The notes: generated by a model from the sequence alone, not told the origin. Shown: positions 1-13,009, counted from the whole stretch's first letter. The stretch is DNA of 63,808 nucleotides, filler included, from Phoronis australis (GCA_002633005.1; 15 parts of 15 records of this genome joined end to end with filler, not necessarily neighbours in it), one strand, 5' to 3'. Made by a program: numbers and translations.

Positions 1-1278
1 GTAATACATAGATATCAATATAATAAGTGATACTGTCAAGTGGACCCAGCTGTTTATAATGTTCGCGTGCATATAATTTTCCATTCTGGTAGTCCCAGTT
101 TCCTTTTAAGCAAGATGCCTTTTCTACTTTTTGTTTTTAATGAAGAGGGACACGACGTCCACACGGTCATAAGGTACCAATTTTGATGTTGTGAGTAACT
201 TCATCAACTTTACAACGAAGCAGCGCATGTGAATCTATAAAAATTGATCATGTGCAGGCTCTTCCGTATCATATTTATGTACAACATGTGACACACTGGC
301 ACGTGATCAGTTGCACAAGGCTGAGCATGCTGTTGGACAACCTTACATATGACAAAATGGCAAGTAAGCTGGTCTATGGATCTTATTTTCTCTAAAAGGT
401 GATTCAGTTGCAGAGAACCTCGGTTGCAACGTACGTCTTCGATTAGTCTCAGGGTCCGTTGTTCCTAGGTTTGACTGTACATATATACAAATGCACTAGA
501 AATTTCTGTGATATAATGAAAGTTACCATACCATTATGAATATAGATGTATGGATGTAAATATTAATAAGAATGTAAGGCACTAGTGTGCAGTGTTTTGC
601 CAGAAAAGATTATGAACTCATACATTGCCGAATCTAATGAGATAGGCTTATTGGCTCACTTCTCTTCTATGTCTCTGTGAGATTTCTAAGACAACTCAAA
701 CACCTCTGAAAAACACCCTCACTCGTTGCTGTTCTTTTCAATATACTCTAGAACCCATGGCAGTTGCATACGTTCCTCTAATGCTGGTACTACTGAATGC
801 TCAAAGCTACTGCTATCATTCACTCCTTGTTTATTACACGCAGTGATGCAGTATTTCGCAAAAAGGCTACATCACGTATCACTTGACGTGCCTGTGTTTG
901 TGTGGCTAAATTGTGATTTCATGTGTTGCTAAAGTTTACCGTTACTAAGTGGATAGTCCAATATTTCTAGAATAACAAAAATCCTTTTGAGGAAGTCTTC
1001 GAAGCTATGTCCCTAGGACTTGTACAACCTTATATTTTTTAATTAACCGGACAGGCAGCCTGGTGTGCACTCCATAAAGGCGAGAGTCTTGTGGAAACAC
1101 AAGAACATGCAAGACTTCACAAGATGTCGCCGCTATATATTACAAGCAAAGCACATGATCACACCAGCTTCCTTAGGGAGTATCTTGCGACTGTACACTG
1201 GCTTGCTTTCACAGTTGAAGTTCATTGTGTCGTAAACTGTTAAATCACTATTCACATTCACTTTAATTTTACTTGCAG

Positions 1279-1424
1279 GTTTACTGTCTTCTCTAAGCGC
1301 ATTTATCAAAAACGAAACTGCCCTCTGGCATGATTCAAATGCCCAACAGGCCCTAGATAGACTGAGCAATGGTTTGGTTGACGCGAAACAAGTTGCTTCT
1401 CAGTGGAATAAAGCATTTTCTGAG
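1279..1424 (+). CDS. Candidate internal exon of an unidentified gene
   Basis: Acceptor tttacttgcag|, donor GAG|gtgaga, open frame LLSSLSAFIKNETALWHDSNAQQALDRLSNGLVDAKQVASQWNKAFSE. No homology recognised. Confidence 0.3.
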
Positions 1425-2717
1425 GTGAGACTTAGGACTAATCAAATTAACTAAAATTACTCTAGTCAGTGTAATTCACCATCGTCGTATCGGTAGCTGG
1501 GTGATGCGTTGCTCATGCGGGATCCAAGTCAAGTTGAAATTCACCAATGGTGACGCATTGGACAAGATGGTTGACATCATTCATCCAGGTTAATTACTAG
1601 ATGCAGGGAAGAATGTATTACAGTATGTTATATAATTCGTGATTTTTGATTTTTTTGTATCGCTATCCATCAGTTTGATCAGTGAAAAAAGGCTTCCTAA
1701 TACAAACACAGTCTGTCTCATTGAAGTCAGTGGTACACATGAGCTGTCTGATTGGTACCCCAGTTATGTTGCAAGTTATGTGCCTGTCGGCTGCCTGTGA
1801 ATAGATTGGCATGTAAGGAGCATTAATTTCAAAATTTTCTCTTTGTAACCAGATTGCTTTGATATTTTTCTTAGGTTTTATAAAAATGCATTTTTACGTG
1901 GTCAGAACGTAGTTTGTTAAATACAATATCATTGTGATAGACCATCCTGAGTATATCTAGCACACCTAATCAGGACTGTGGAATTTTCGTAGCAGATCAC
2001 AAGTCTTTACTCGGTAGACGACATACAGTTTCACACTCACACACTAAGCTGGTGGCGTTAAGATAAGATTCGCCTGAGGAATCGAGACATTTGTCTTCAC
2101 GTTTTTGCTTTTTTGATGGGCTAGCTTCTCCAGTTTAGTCCCTGAAGTGCATGAAATTTCATCGCATTCCATTTGCCTTCTCAAGTGGAGCAAACAGCGA
2201 ACTTCTAACATACATTTTTTTAAGATTATGAAAGCACGACTTTCCCTGACCAATTTCAAATTCTCATGTGCAAGATGGGTCGCGCTGACATTGACAAAAT
2301 GCAAGTTCATTGAATCAATTAATTTCTGCATTAAAGGCCATAAGCTCAGTGTATACAAAAGAACAGCATGTAACATACGTAAGAGTGCAGTAAGCTATCA
2401 TGGAGACGAAAAGCATAAAATAAATATTTATATAGGTTAGCTAATTTAGCATCATCACTTGTTGACATTGAACTAAATGAACTTGAAAAAAGACGGAAAA
2501 TTCCAGTAGTACACTTCAATATAATTTTCTCTCTGTTCAGAATATTTACCACAGCTTTGAAGGAAACAGTACTCGTCTTCTACAACATTGGGGCAGAAGG
2601 GACACATGATGTCCTTGTTTGCTTATGTGCTTCTGAACCATAGTTGACAACATAAAATTTGGTCGACAGTGCTATATCCCTTTTGGAACCCTGCTTGGCA
2701 TTCATACAATTTTATTT

Positions 2718-2817
2718 NNNNNNNNNNNNNNNNNNNNNNNNNNNNNNNNNNNNNNNNNNNNTTAATTAATTAANNNNNNNNNNNNNNNNNNNNNNNNNNN
2801 NNNNNNNNNNNNNNNNN
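2718..2817. other. Artificial contig linker (first of 14)
   Basis: N-run + TTAATTAATTAA (stops in all six frames) + N-run, 100 nt. Recurs at about 5984, 8856, 11363, 16238, 24701, 29031, 31160, 36576, 39113, 44140, 53280, 57488 and 61209. Confidence 0.97.
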
Positions 2818-3188
2818 TTGTAATCTCTATCATATCTTTAGGGTTGTAGCCTGTTTGGCCAAATATTAAGCCCACGTTACATGGTTTTGACACTTGTGGT
2901 TAACATGGGAACACAATAAATTTGGCTTTACCATCTTCTTTGCTAGTGACACCTGGTGTGTTGCACTTCACTTTAGAAGTGGGCGAAATCTTCGGCATTG
3001 TTGCAAGCTGTACACACAGAACACTCATTTGATATGTTCATACCCAGTGTTTGTAATCTTGTGCTTATAGTGATAGAATGCACAGTTTCGTTTCTTATCA
3101 TTCCTCTTAGTCACTACATCTCAAAACTTTCACTATTTAAAAGTTTCAGTCTCTTCTGAGAGAGTAATCAATGCTTTTCTTTTTAAAG

Positions 3189-3405
3189 AAGAGTGAAGAA
3201 GAGGTCAAAGAAGATCCATCCAAACCGTCACTCATTCCTGACGAGGCCTTCCACATGGTTTCCCAAGTTCACTGGGAAGACGACATCATCTGGAATGGAG
3301 AGGAGGTGAAGAACAGGATACTGGCATCCCAAAAGGCCAAGGGAGCCTTCACTGGCTGGCTACCTAGCTCAACAGCAAGGACTGCAGCCCAGTACCAACA
3401 GCAAG
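3189..3405 (+). CDS. TAF1: TFIID subunit 1, internal exon
   Basis: DEAFHMVSQVHWEDDIIWNGEEVK...AFTGWLPSSTART matches the TAF1 N-terminal region. AG (NAGNAG) acceptor, G|gtatg donor. Confidence 0.9.
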
Positions 3406-3929
3406 GTATGCAGAGGATATTATCATGAACAAGATTCTAGTGTAATGTGGAAGGCCAAGGGTGTCTACTCAGACTGGCTGCCTTGCTGAAATTGCATGCC
3501 AAGATTTTGGCATCACCAGTAAATGTTGGTTAAGGATGTTGTAAAGCTGCCTTATGTCAGAAAATAATTTTTGATTTAGTCCGGTTATCGTACTGTTATG
3601 AACTGCATCTTTTCTCACATTAGAAGTCAATTCTGGGCTTCGAAAGAAGTGAGAGCTTGTAAGTTGCAATAACTGACCCCCTAATCCAGAAATCTATTCT
3701 AATCTTGTAAAAGATCTAGTTAAGACCAATTTAAATTGTATCAGTACGTTGCCTAAATTAGAATTAAGTTCCTTTTGACGGAACGCATGTTTACGTCTAC
3801 TTTAACTGAGTGGCATGCCAAAAACGGATGTCGATGTAGCTGAAGTTATGTTAATTCTAGTTATATTTTACTATTGTAGTGCTAGTTATATTACTATTGT
3901 AGTGCTAGTTATATATTTTACTATTGTAG

Positions 3930-4126
3930 TGAAGCTTGGTGCGTCCACTCCAATGGCCAGTGGTTACAAGCTGGGTAGCTCCATGATGCCTGGCAAGATC
4001 CAGGCTATGTTTAAAGTGCCAGAGGAGGAGGATGACCTATCCAAAGTCTGGTACAGCATCTTCTCAATTGATAATGAGGAGCTGGTCTACGGCAACTGGG
4101 AAGACAAGATCATCTGGGATGCACAG
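3930..4126 (+). CDS. TAF1: TAF1 internal exon
   Basis: [26 protein letters not shown]; phase-compatible with the previous exon; tgtag| and CAG|gtttg. Confidence 0.92.
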
Positions 4127-4459
4127 GTTTGAGGACAAGACCAGCAGTAATGTATTTAGTATGATGCATAGTCCGAGACCATCTGGGTTAATCATTAAAA
4201 GGGATTTCTTACTATATGTTGTGTTCACAGTATTGTATGTAGTGTAAGCTCTGGCTGAGGTTTGTTTGAGGCATACCGTTTGTGGATTGCAAAAGGGCTT
4301 TTGACACTGTGCTCTTCATTAGAACTGCACCATTCAAATAGAACAGGTTTTCGTGGCTTAATTGCTTCAAGTGGATTTGAATATGTTGATTGAAAGAGGT
4401 CACTGTCTACTGTGCTCAATATTATCAAACTATCATCACCATGTTGTTTACTGTTTCAG

Positions 4460-4588
4460 AATATGGACAGAATCCCTTCTCCTACAATTCTGACACTGGA
4501 TCCAAATGATGAGAATATAATTTTGTCTATTCCTGATGATGTGGATCCCAGCAAAGCCAAGTCTTCTGAGCCAGCCAAGAAGGAAAAG
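4460..4588 (+). CDS. TAF1: TAF1 internal exon
   Basis: NMDRIPSPTILTLDPNDENIILSIPDD...KKEK; tttcag| and AAG|gtac. Confidence 0.92.
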
Positions 4589-5083
4589 GTACACTACATA
4601 GTGCAATAATACCTAAATACCCAGGATCATGTGACAGTAACTCCATCTAGTGTTCACAGAGTGAATCAGTCTTTTCCTCGTGTGACTATTAGCTAGTATA
4701 TGACGTGCTTTTGCCTACCCTGGCTATTGACTTCAACCTCACTCCCAAGTAATACCATAGTGTCAGATTTTTCAATAATTGCAACAGATCTCTTCTAACA
4801 TTTGTAAAGAACAATAAGATACCATGTTAGCATGATAACTGTTCTAAATCAGGGTATTTACTAAAGTCACATTTTAGTGTTGTACAAAAGTGGAGGTGCT
4901 AATAATATGAATTGATTTATTGAGAAATTTTGTCACCTTCAACTGTAAAAAAGTCATTTTTATGGTTAGGTATTTATTCTTTGTTTTGTATTTGGGGCTC
5001 GTCTGTGCCCATTACAGCGCAAGACTTGTTTACAATTCGATTATGATTGGTTGTGTTCTGACCCCATTGTTTTATTTTGTTAG

Positions 5084-5152
5084 GAGATCAAGAAGTCGAA
5101 GATATTACTTGGGAAGGCGGGAATACTGAAGGAAGAGGAGGAGGAAGAACAG
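5084..5152 (+). CDS. TAF1: TAF1 internal exon
   Basis: EIKKSKILLGKAGILKEEEEEEQ; tgttag| and CAG|gtag. Confidence 0.9.
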
Positions 5153-5713
5153 GTAGTTTATATAATGTAGACTTGTGTGGACAAACATGAATAGTGAAAT
5201 CAAAGTAAAAAACAATACAATTCACTTACCGCTGGGTATGTACTCAGCCTCCGTTCACAGTGGTGAATACCCCTTCTCAATCAGGGTGGAAAAGAACCAG
5301 GTAGCGAAGTCGTCCTTTTGTGATCACACATGAACTGAAAAATGTTTCGTATTTATTTACATTGTATTATTCTGTTGAATCATAATTATACAATAAGGTA
5401 TTTTTCTTTGAGTATATTGTCTTAACTGTGTGATGATGTAACTAAAAATTGCCTCATTTTAAAGTTGTTCCTGTAAACAAATTATTGCCTTGACTTGTTT
5501 CAACCACAACTTTAAGTAGGATACGTGATTCTATTGTAAGGCTTTCTTGTTGCTTTATTGGGTGTCTGTTATGGCTGACTAGAAGGCAAGATATAAAATT
5601 CTGATAGGCGTTGTAGCAACAGCTTACATGATAGAGTATTGTGATGTGGTATATTTCATTCTCAGTTGAGGGTTTTACATGTTCATCGGCATCACTTCAT
5701 ATCTTATTTCTAG

Positions 5714-5827
5714 GAGGCGACTACTCAAGACAAAGATCCATTCAACATGTCTAATGATGAATACTACAACCCTAAACTGGCCACTGACAATGCACTGAGG
5801 ACTAACATAGGTGGAAATCTCATTCAG
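5714..5827 (+). CDS. TAF1: TAF1 internal exon
   Basis: QDKDPFNMSNDEYYNPK...GGNLIQ (conserved DPFNxSNDEYY motif); ttctag| and CAG|gtac. Confidence 0.92.
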
Positions 5828-5983
5828 GTACATTGATGGCCGTGGTTGCTTAGAGAGCACTCACAGAGTGTAGGCAGAGTACATTGATGGTCCTGGGGCC
5901 TTAGAGAGCATTCACATGGTGCTGGCAGAGTACATTCAGATGGTCTTAGGGATTTAGAGAGTACTCACTGAGTGCAGGCAGAG
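5828..5983 (+). repeat. About 52-bp tandem repeat starting at a TAF1 splice donor
   Basis: Three diverged copies of gtacattgatgg...ttagagag...ggcaga, truncated by the contig end. Confidence 0.8.
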
Positions 5984-7603
5984 NNNNNNNNNNNNNNNNN
6001 NNNNNNNNNNNNNNNNNNNNNNNNNNNTTAATTAATTAANNNNNNNNNNNNNNNNNNNNNNNNNNNNNNNNNNNNNNNNNNNNCAACCGGCCATATAATA
6101 CTTCAAAACTATATGCTGAATAATTTTGATTGTAGCGTGACGTCAGGTGTATTATTCAACAAATACATGTACAACGTAGCGCCTGATAACGCAACGTCAG
6201 TGTTGTTACGCAAATGAGCCCAGGTTACTGTACGTGTTATGTAATACGGATTAATTAGTAACGCATCAAAGTGGTGGGTTAAATATAACCGGAGCGCGTT
6301 TCCAACGCAGGCGGTCGGACTATGCATGTGGGCAGATTTGGACAATATCTACCCAGGTCGGCCACCTAAAGCCCTCGTCATTAATTAATTGTGAGAAAAG
6401 GGGTTGTTTGTTTCACTGTGTTTCGAGGCATGGCAAGTTCGTTAAAACTGGCGACTTGTACTTGATGCAATTAGGGTTACTATAGTGACACAGATAACTT
6501 GAACACGTTAAGGCGACCATAAATCCACCGCCGTCTCACAATTATTCCCAGGCAAATTAGAGTCGAGTTCAGGTTTTTGTCAGAACGAAAATTTTTTATT
6601 TGTTCAGACAAAGTTCAATGCAAGAAACGATCGGTAACTATTCTTCTTACATACGTGTTCATCACAATTTACCTGGGGGAAGTTTTCGAAAAATGGTGAT
6701 GAAGTTATAAGTTAAGCAACCTTTTAATACATGGCGGTAGGAATAATAATGATATGCAAATGTCAGGATCAAACCGCAGCGAAAGGCCTACGAGGGCCAA
6801 TGACACCCGAGAAAAGAAAAACAGCGAAACATGTAACATGGAGAGAACGTTTGTCAACTACCACTGCTTGGTCCTGTCTAGGACATTTTTGTAAACCCTA
6901 CCCCTCCCGGTTTTTTGCATCACATATTCTTCAGAGACGGAGTACTCCCATGCAGGGAAAATCCTCGGTTTGTATGTTACTCTGATGTTTCGATCTCAAG
7001 GAAAGACAAGAAATCATACATGCGTTCCATGATATCGTGCTATTTTTGTTTTATCGTTTCTTCGACTGTTTCATTTAAATGCAGAAGCGATACTGGACCG
7101 GAAATGGACTTTGATTCAATGAAAATACAATATAATGAAAACATACAAAATATTTATTATAATTCTCTGTCCTCTACGCCGTCTCTGCTACATTTGATTG
7201 TTCTGAGTGAGATTTTTTAATGAACCATATTTCACTGTGTCTGTTGATGGGTGACATTCGCTTGCTGTAACCTGCCGTGTAGAAGTAAGGCTCATAGGTA
7301 TCGCTCAGACCGTCTCGCTCGAGTGCCTCTTGCAACGCCTTCTTTTGGTTCGCCAAAGTCTGCCCACGCCACGTATATCCGCTATGAGTCCTGTGCGGAG
7401 AAATCAATCAAACAAATTCAATTTCTTTCCTCACTGATTCAAGGCACGTTGCTGTTTAAACAACTTATGACTTAACCCGCAAACTTGTAATATTAAATAC
7501 GAAAATTAGTATTTGTAGTGTAGTGCAATAAAACAGTATTGTCATAAATGAGACTTGGCGACCATTGACTTCTTTTGCGTCAGTACGGAAAGTAAGTCCT
7601 TAA

Positions 7604-7920
7604 AAGGGTACTTAACCCTGTTATGAAGTTTTCACCAATCCTCGTTCTATCACCTGCTTATAATGTTGACGTCAATCTGCCAAGTTACAGGCAGGAATCG
7701 ACACTCGCACTCCCTATGACGTCGTTGATAGGTGGTACTAGCGGTGTACTTCACTAAAACTGCAGGACACCCTAGCCCATTTAACAGACTTTGAAAGGAG
7801 CTATCAAATTTTTCTACAAACTTTAGAGGATTGTTGAGGGTTATTGAGCATTATTTTGTTTTATAGAACTGGAGAGCAAAAACCAAACTCTAGTGGGCGA
7901 AAACCGGGTGTGGTATCCAT
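7604..7920. mobile_element. Possible Kolobok-type MITE
   Basis: Flanked by TTAA on both sides. Imperfect TIR AAGGGTACTTAACCCTGTT vs ATGGATACCACACCCGGTT (13/19). Confidence 0.35.
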
Positions 7921-8290
7921 TTAAGTGGCATCAGGGGCAATTTTTTATGCGGGTCAATTTTATGCGGGTCAGTTTGTCAACACTCACTAGGTAGGAGCGA
8001 GAGTTGCAGCGATTTCAGGCATTTGAGAGGCACCAAGGCATGTTGACATCACGAGCACCATTACTCAGTCATAACTGCAACAACACTAATGTGCAGTCGC
8101 TGTGGTTCAGCTCAAAATAAGTCCAATCCGAAGAATTTGTGTTTACACCGTGTGAGGCATCTTATGCGCCGAGTAATCTGTCGTGTCTCTAGTCATTTAC
8201 AAGAGTGAAATGTGGCTGCCCGGGGTTGTCTCTATGACTTAAACTGTACTGGTGATCACGCCTATGCAGCAATGATGAGGCGCGCCTTAA

Positions 8291-8438
8291 CATGGGCGGC
8301 ACAGCACTGAAAAAAGTAGGGGGGGGCTAAAGCCCTTTCAGACCCCCTGTGGTGCACCACCTATAGACCATGTGGGGCGTAGCACTGACAAAAGTGGGGG
8401 GCTACAGCCCCCCAGCCCCCTATGGTGCGCCGCCCATG
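8291..8438. mobile_element. Dimeric GC-rich mini-MITE with 5-bp TSD
   Basis: TIR CATGGGCGGC...GCCGCCCATG; CTTAA directly repeated on both flanks; interior is two ~74-bp G-run/C-run units. Confidence 0.7.
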
Positions 8439-8621
8439 CTTAAAGCAAGATAATGGCCAGCATTGAAGGTGAAGGTAAGGGTGAAGAATAGACGTTGATA
8501 AAGCAGAGGTGAGATTTGAAGTAATTTAAGGTGGATAGAATGTCATGCAGCATCGAGATAAATCTAGACCTTTATGTCTTGTTCAAAAAAACAATTGTGC
8601 TTCTGATACGTATGTCGTTAC

Positions 8622-8790
8622 CTGACGTAAACAGTCATTGGACCTATTTGATGTAGTTCCACCTGCCTATCACTCGGCTCAGGAGCATCACTTTGCGCAA
8701 CGTAGAAAAGCATCGCCTTACGGTCGTTTTGGTTCTGGTCACCAGGACGAACCTTGATGAGAACTGGCAAAGTCATGGGAATCGTCTCCC
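8622..8790 (-). CDS. SOUL/heme-binding protein family exon
   Basis: ETIPMTLPVLIKV...AMLFYVAQSDAPEPSDRQVELHQIGPMTVYVR resembles the SOUL motifs IxMTxPV, PxPxD and VYVR; tttgcag| and |gtaac. Confidence 0.8.
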
Positions 8791-8955
8791 CTGCAAATAC
8801 CCGCAATTCAGTGCATTTTCAGGTGCTAACTTGTGACACTAACATTTCCGCAACGNNNNNNNNNNNNNNNNNNNNNNNNNNNNNNNNNNNNNNNNNNNNT
8901 TAATTAATTAANNNNNNNNNNNNNNNNNNNNNNNNNNNNNNNNNNNNNNNNNNNN

Positions 8956-9638
8956 GTTTTTACCTCTAAAAATCAAGCATTTTCCTTGATTCCTGAAGTA
9001 TTATCCAAGAAAAAAAGGCAAAAATAACGCAGAACGTCAAACAGGAAAAAATGCAAGTATCACAGATTCGAACTTACTACCTAGCGATTAGATCGCGCTT
9101 GCATAATCACTACACCACCACGATTTAACTACAAACGTCAAACTAAAAGACCTACTTGTTTATGGTCCACAGCGTTTGCGCGCGAAACCTACTTGTTTTT
9201 GTAATGCTTCTTACACGTTTTATATTTTGTGCCATCAATTCTTAACAAATTTGTCGTATTTAAAATAGTCTTTAAATGCCCAAAAGGCCAACTCCGTTTT
9301 TCGTGTTGGCAATAATGACGGGAATGCTTTGGAAATCGTCTTAAGATAAGGTTTGACAAAGAGAGTATTGCGAGTTTCTGAGTGATTTACTAAGGCTTCG
9401 ATTAAAACTCACATCTTACCAGCAGCTTCTGTTTTTTCATCGTCACTCAGGTTCCATTTTCTTTAAAAAATGAAGTAAATTTTCTTCATTGCACAGTGGA
9501 GCAGGCGACGTAAACGGAGTCGTAGTGCGCAGCGCCACTGCCGGTCGCCTGGGATATTGCGGGAGAGCCTATACTTAGCCACAGTTCCATTACGAATGCG
9601 TCGTGTTCAGAATTTGACACTTGAAATTGGATTTGAGC
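8956..9638 (-). mobile_element. Dispersed non-autonomous repeat, copy 1
   Basis: Reverse complement of 12191-12860 on another contig; contains a tRNA-like A/B-box segment at 9062-9120. Confidence 0.85.
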
Positions 9639-11594
9639 CCCCCCCCCCCTCCCCCTCCAANCTCTACACACACACAAACACGCGCACACACACACACACA
9701 AACTAAAGCTGCACGCATTGTTAAATCTCAGTGTTTCAGCAGTATATTAGTTACCGTGGTTAATTAATTCAATATTTGCTCACGCTCTTAGTCGGTGTCA
9801 TTTTTGTAGCAGTCAACCCCCCTCCCCTAAATCCGCGGCGCCTATGCATAAAAGTCAGTGATGAAAAATACTTCGAGAAGGACTGGGATTTCAAATGCCC
9901 AGCGTGTTAGTGGAGTTCCGGGTTCTGTGATCTGCATGTTATTTCGGCAATTAAATGGGGGACAGTAAAAGCAATGACTAGCCGCTCTTTCTGTAAAAGA
10001 TTTGATTTATATCACTTACTGTACAAGATCGTTCTCATCTTGTTGCTAAGAAACGATTTCCAGCTGCGAAGAACTGACAAGACTTCGTTGCTCGAGACCT
10101 GCGTAGAGTTTAAGATCTGACTCGCGGCTAGCGGAATAATCTAGCCAAAATAACGTTTAAAATACACGGCAATATCTCCTGTAATCTCGCGAAGTCTTGC
10201 CTTTTAGCGAAATTCTAGCGTAGGTCCTAGGGTTACTGAACTCTACCCACGCCTATTATATGGCTTAGTTTCCGTAACTCTCCCATGGGCGTGGGTGAAT
10301 GGCATTAATCAACGCAACACTGGCTTGGGAATTTTAGCACATACGTTCAATTCCAGAAGGACAAGGACGTTGCTTTGGAAGGGCAAATACTCCTCTGAAG
10401 ATCTCCTTAACATCGGAAGTCGGTTTTCAGGGATAAATACGACTCAAAATTATTGGGTGGCAGTAAACGGCTGCATCGTCTTGAAAACTGATATTGTTTG
10501 GCAGGCATAATGCGAAACGTGTTAACTGCGGGGTGATACCGGTACGTTTGGTCAAATATATTTATAAAGTGCGATTAAATTCTAGTGTTCCGCGTTTGCA
10601 GCTTCTCAAAAGAGAATTATCTAGATTTCACGAGCTTGAAACGGTAATTCTCTATAATAATGTGAATGTTCCTTGAAAGGTAGGCCCCTACGATTCATCT
10701 GTATAATTTTCGTCTTTGACAATATTCTGATCCCAGGAGTGTTTGTGACGCATGCGCGTGCGTGCGTGGGTGCACTACTTTTTGTACTAACTGTGAAATA
10801 TACGTAAAAAAATATCGTCTGCAAGATATATAAATGTTGAGCACACAACTAGTATCACTACTATCACAGACTGTCAGTACTAGAATTTCCTAGTCCAGAA
10901 ATCACTTCCACTCTAAAAAGTTTTACAACAAGTGAATAGTAAGACAAGTACAAAGCAACTTCAAGAAAACATCAACAGCTGAACAAGCATTGTCTTTATT
11001 TATGCATTGTAGTTTTCGTGGTCGAGGTGATGAGGCGATGGAGTAAAATTCGAGCAGACGACAGCCAACAGGCTGCCCCTTTATCACTCTTGGTGAAATT
11101 ACTCATTCACTCTAGAACTGAGTATCCATTGATCACTTAAGATCCAGAGTCAACAATTCTATTAGATGCCAGGAAGACAGAAGCCTGAAAGTGTCTAAAA
11201 ATTACAAAACTGTTTTAATTGAAACAACCGTGGTTATAAGCAGCATGTCAGTCAGTCACTCTCAATGAATCACTTGACCACGTGATCAAGATATGACTTG
11301 GTCGACAGTTTTTGACCACTTCCCTTTTTCTTTTCCACCCATAAAAAGAAATCACAACGGGCNNNNNNNNNNNNNNNNNNNNNNNNNNNNNNNNNNNNNN
11401 NNNNNNTTAATTAATTAANNNNNNNNNNNNNNNNNNNNNNNNNNNNNNNNNNNNNNNNNNNNCTTTACAACACTACTGGAAAAAACAAACAAATAACAAG
11501 AGTAAAATAATAAACATTTATGTAAAGAAATTATTGTCTTACATTTTGTTGGGGTAACTACAAGCAAGGCGTGAAGGCGGTATATCTGACTTAC

Positions 11595-11648
11595 CGTGGC
11601 GCTCAAAACGAGGAGTACTTGTAACAACAAAGACATGCCTGTCTGCAT
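11595..11648 (-). CDS. Probable first coding exon of a secreted protein (signal peptide only)
   Basis: MQTGMSLLLQVLLVLSAT followed by a consensus donor G|GTAAGT. Confidence 0.55.
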
Positions 11649-11721
11649 GTTAGTCTAGCTTCTCGCTCCAGTCTCATCGCTAATCAGGAATGTGCTCACT
11701 TTTAACTACCAGCTATCCTTT

Positions 11722-11735
11722 TGGTGACGTCACCA
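11722..11735. promoter_or_regulatory. Palindromic CRE site upstream of the signal-peptide exon
   Basis: TGGTGACGTCACCA about 75 nt upstream of the ATG, with a TTAAAA TATA-like box at about 11700-11705 (minus strand). Confidence 0.35.
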
Positions 11736-12014
11736 GTGAAAATGACTTGAAGGCTTGCAACCTGCCTTCGGCGACATGTACAGGCCGCCTGTCGTGAACT
11801 TGAGTGGCTACCAGCACCAATGTATTTTACACGCGGTTTAGATCACCGTTATTTATCAGTTTTTGATATTTTCATCATTATTACAACATCAGTTCTCAAG
11901 TATTTGTGTATCAAAGTCTTGCACATGGGCCCCGAATGAGTGGAAAAAGGTTGGAGAGCACAGTCCCCACATCTGATATTTTTAACTACATTATTCATTG
12001 AGAGCTACTGTAAC

Positions 12015-13009
12015 CAGGAGTGGATCCAGGATTTTGAGTTAGGGGGGCCAGGGCACAGGAACAAAAAACCCTTTCGGAAGATGGGCGTGCCCACCCTAAG
12101 ATGTAGGGATGCAGGGGTCTCGAATTTTTGAGTTTGCGGACCCTTTGACTAAAAAAAACGGTAAACGGGGTTTGTTCAGGCCCTATGCAGGCTCAGATCC
12201 AATTTCAAGTGTCAAATTCGGAACCCGGCTAATTCGTAACGGAACTATGGCTAAGTATAGGCTCTCCCGCGATATCTCAGGCGACCGGCAGTGGCGCTGC
12301 GCACTATGACTCCGTTTCCGTCGTCAGCTCCACTGTGCAATGAAGAAAATTTACTTCATTTTTTAAAGAAAATGGAACCTGAGTGGCGATGAAAAAACAG
12401 AAGCTGCTGGTAAGAAGTGAATTTTAATCGAAGCCTTAGTGAATCACTCAGAAACTCATAATTCTCTCTTTGTCAAACCTTAACTTAAGACGATTTCCAA
12501 ACCAATCCCGTCATTATTTTTGCCAACACGAAAAACGTATTTGGTCTTTTGGGCATTTGAAAACTATTTTAAATACAACAAATTTGTTAAGAACCGATTG
12601 AACAAAATATAAAACGTGTAATAAGCATTACAAAAAGAAGTAAGTTTCGCGCGCAAACGCTATGGACCATAAACAAGTATCAGAGTAGGAGTTAAAGCGT
12701 GGTGGTGTAGTGATAAAGCATGCGCGCTCTATTCGCCAGATTGTGAATTCGAGTCTCTGGTATCTTGCATTTTTCCTGTTTGACACGTTCTCCGTTTTTT
12801 GTCTTTTTTTCTTGGATAATACTTCAAGGAAAATGCTCGATTTTTAGAGGAAAAAACAGAAAAATTTCCTGGGCGGAAGGGGGGGTTTGTCCCCCTCCCG
12901 ACCTCCCCCCATTCGGTGCTATGCGCATCTACAATCGTGGTTTGCGCAAATGCTTATAGCCGGATAAAATGTTGGCCCCCCTCCTTGCGATATCCTAGAT
13001 CCGCCACTG
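12015..13009. mobile_element. Composite non-autonomous DNA element (repeat copy 2 between hAT-like termini)
   Basis: Left end CAGGAGTGGATCCAGGAT, right end ATCCTAGATCCGCCACTG; internal 12191-12860 matches 8956-9638. No clear TSD. Confidence 0.6.

Noticed and set aside
2762-2773. Recurrent TTAATTAATTAA motif
   Set aside because: Synthetic linker inside N-runs. Neighbouring contigs are not biologically adjacent, so no cross-contig gene cluster is inferred.
9062-9120. tRNA-like sequence (also 12697-12760)
   Set aside because: Only A/B-box-like motifs are present, with no complete cloverleaf, inside a dispersed repeat.
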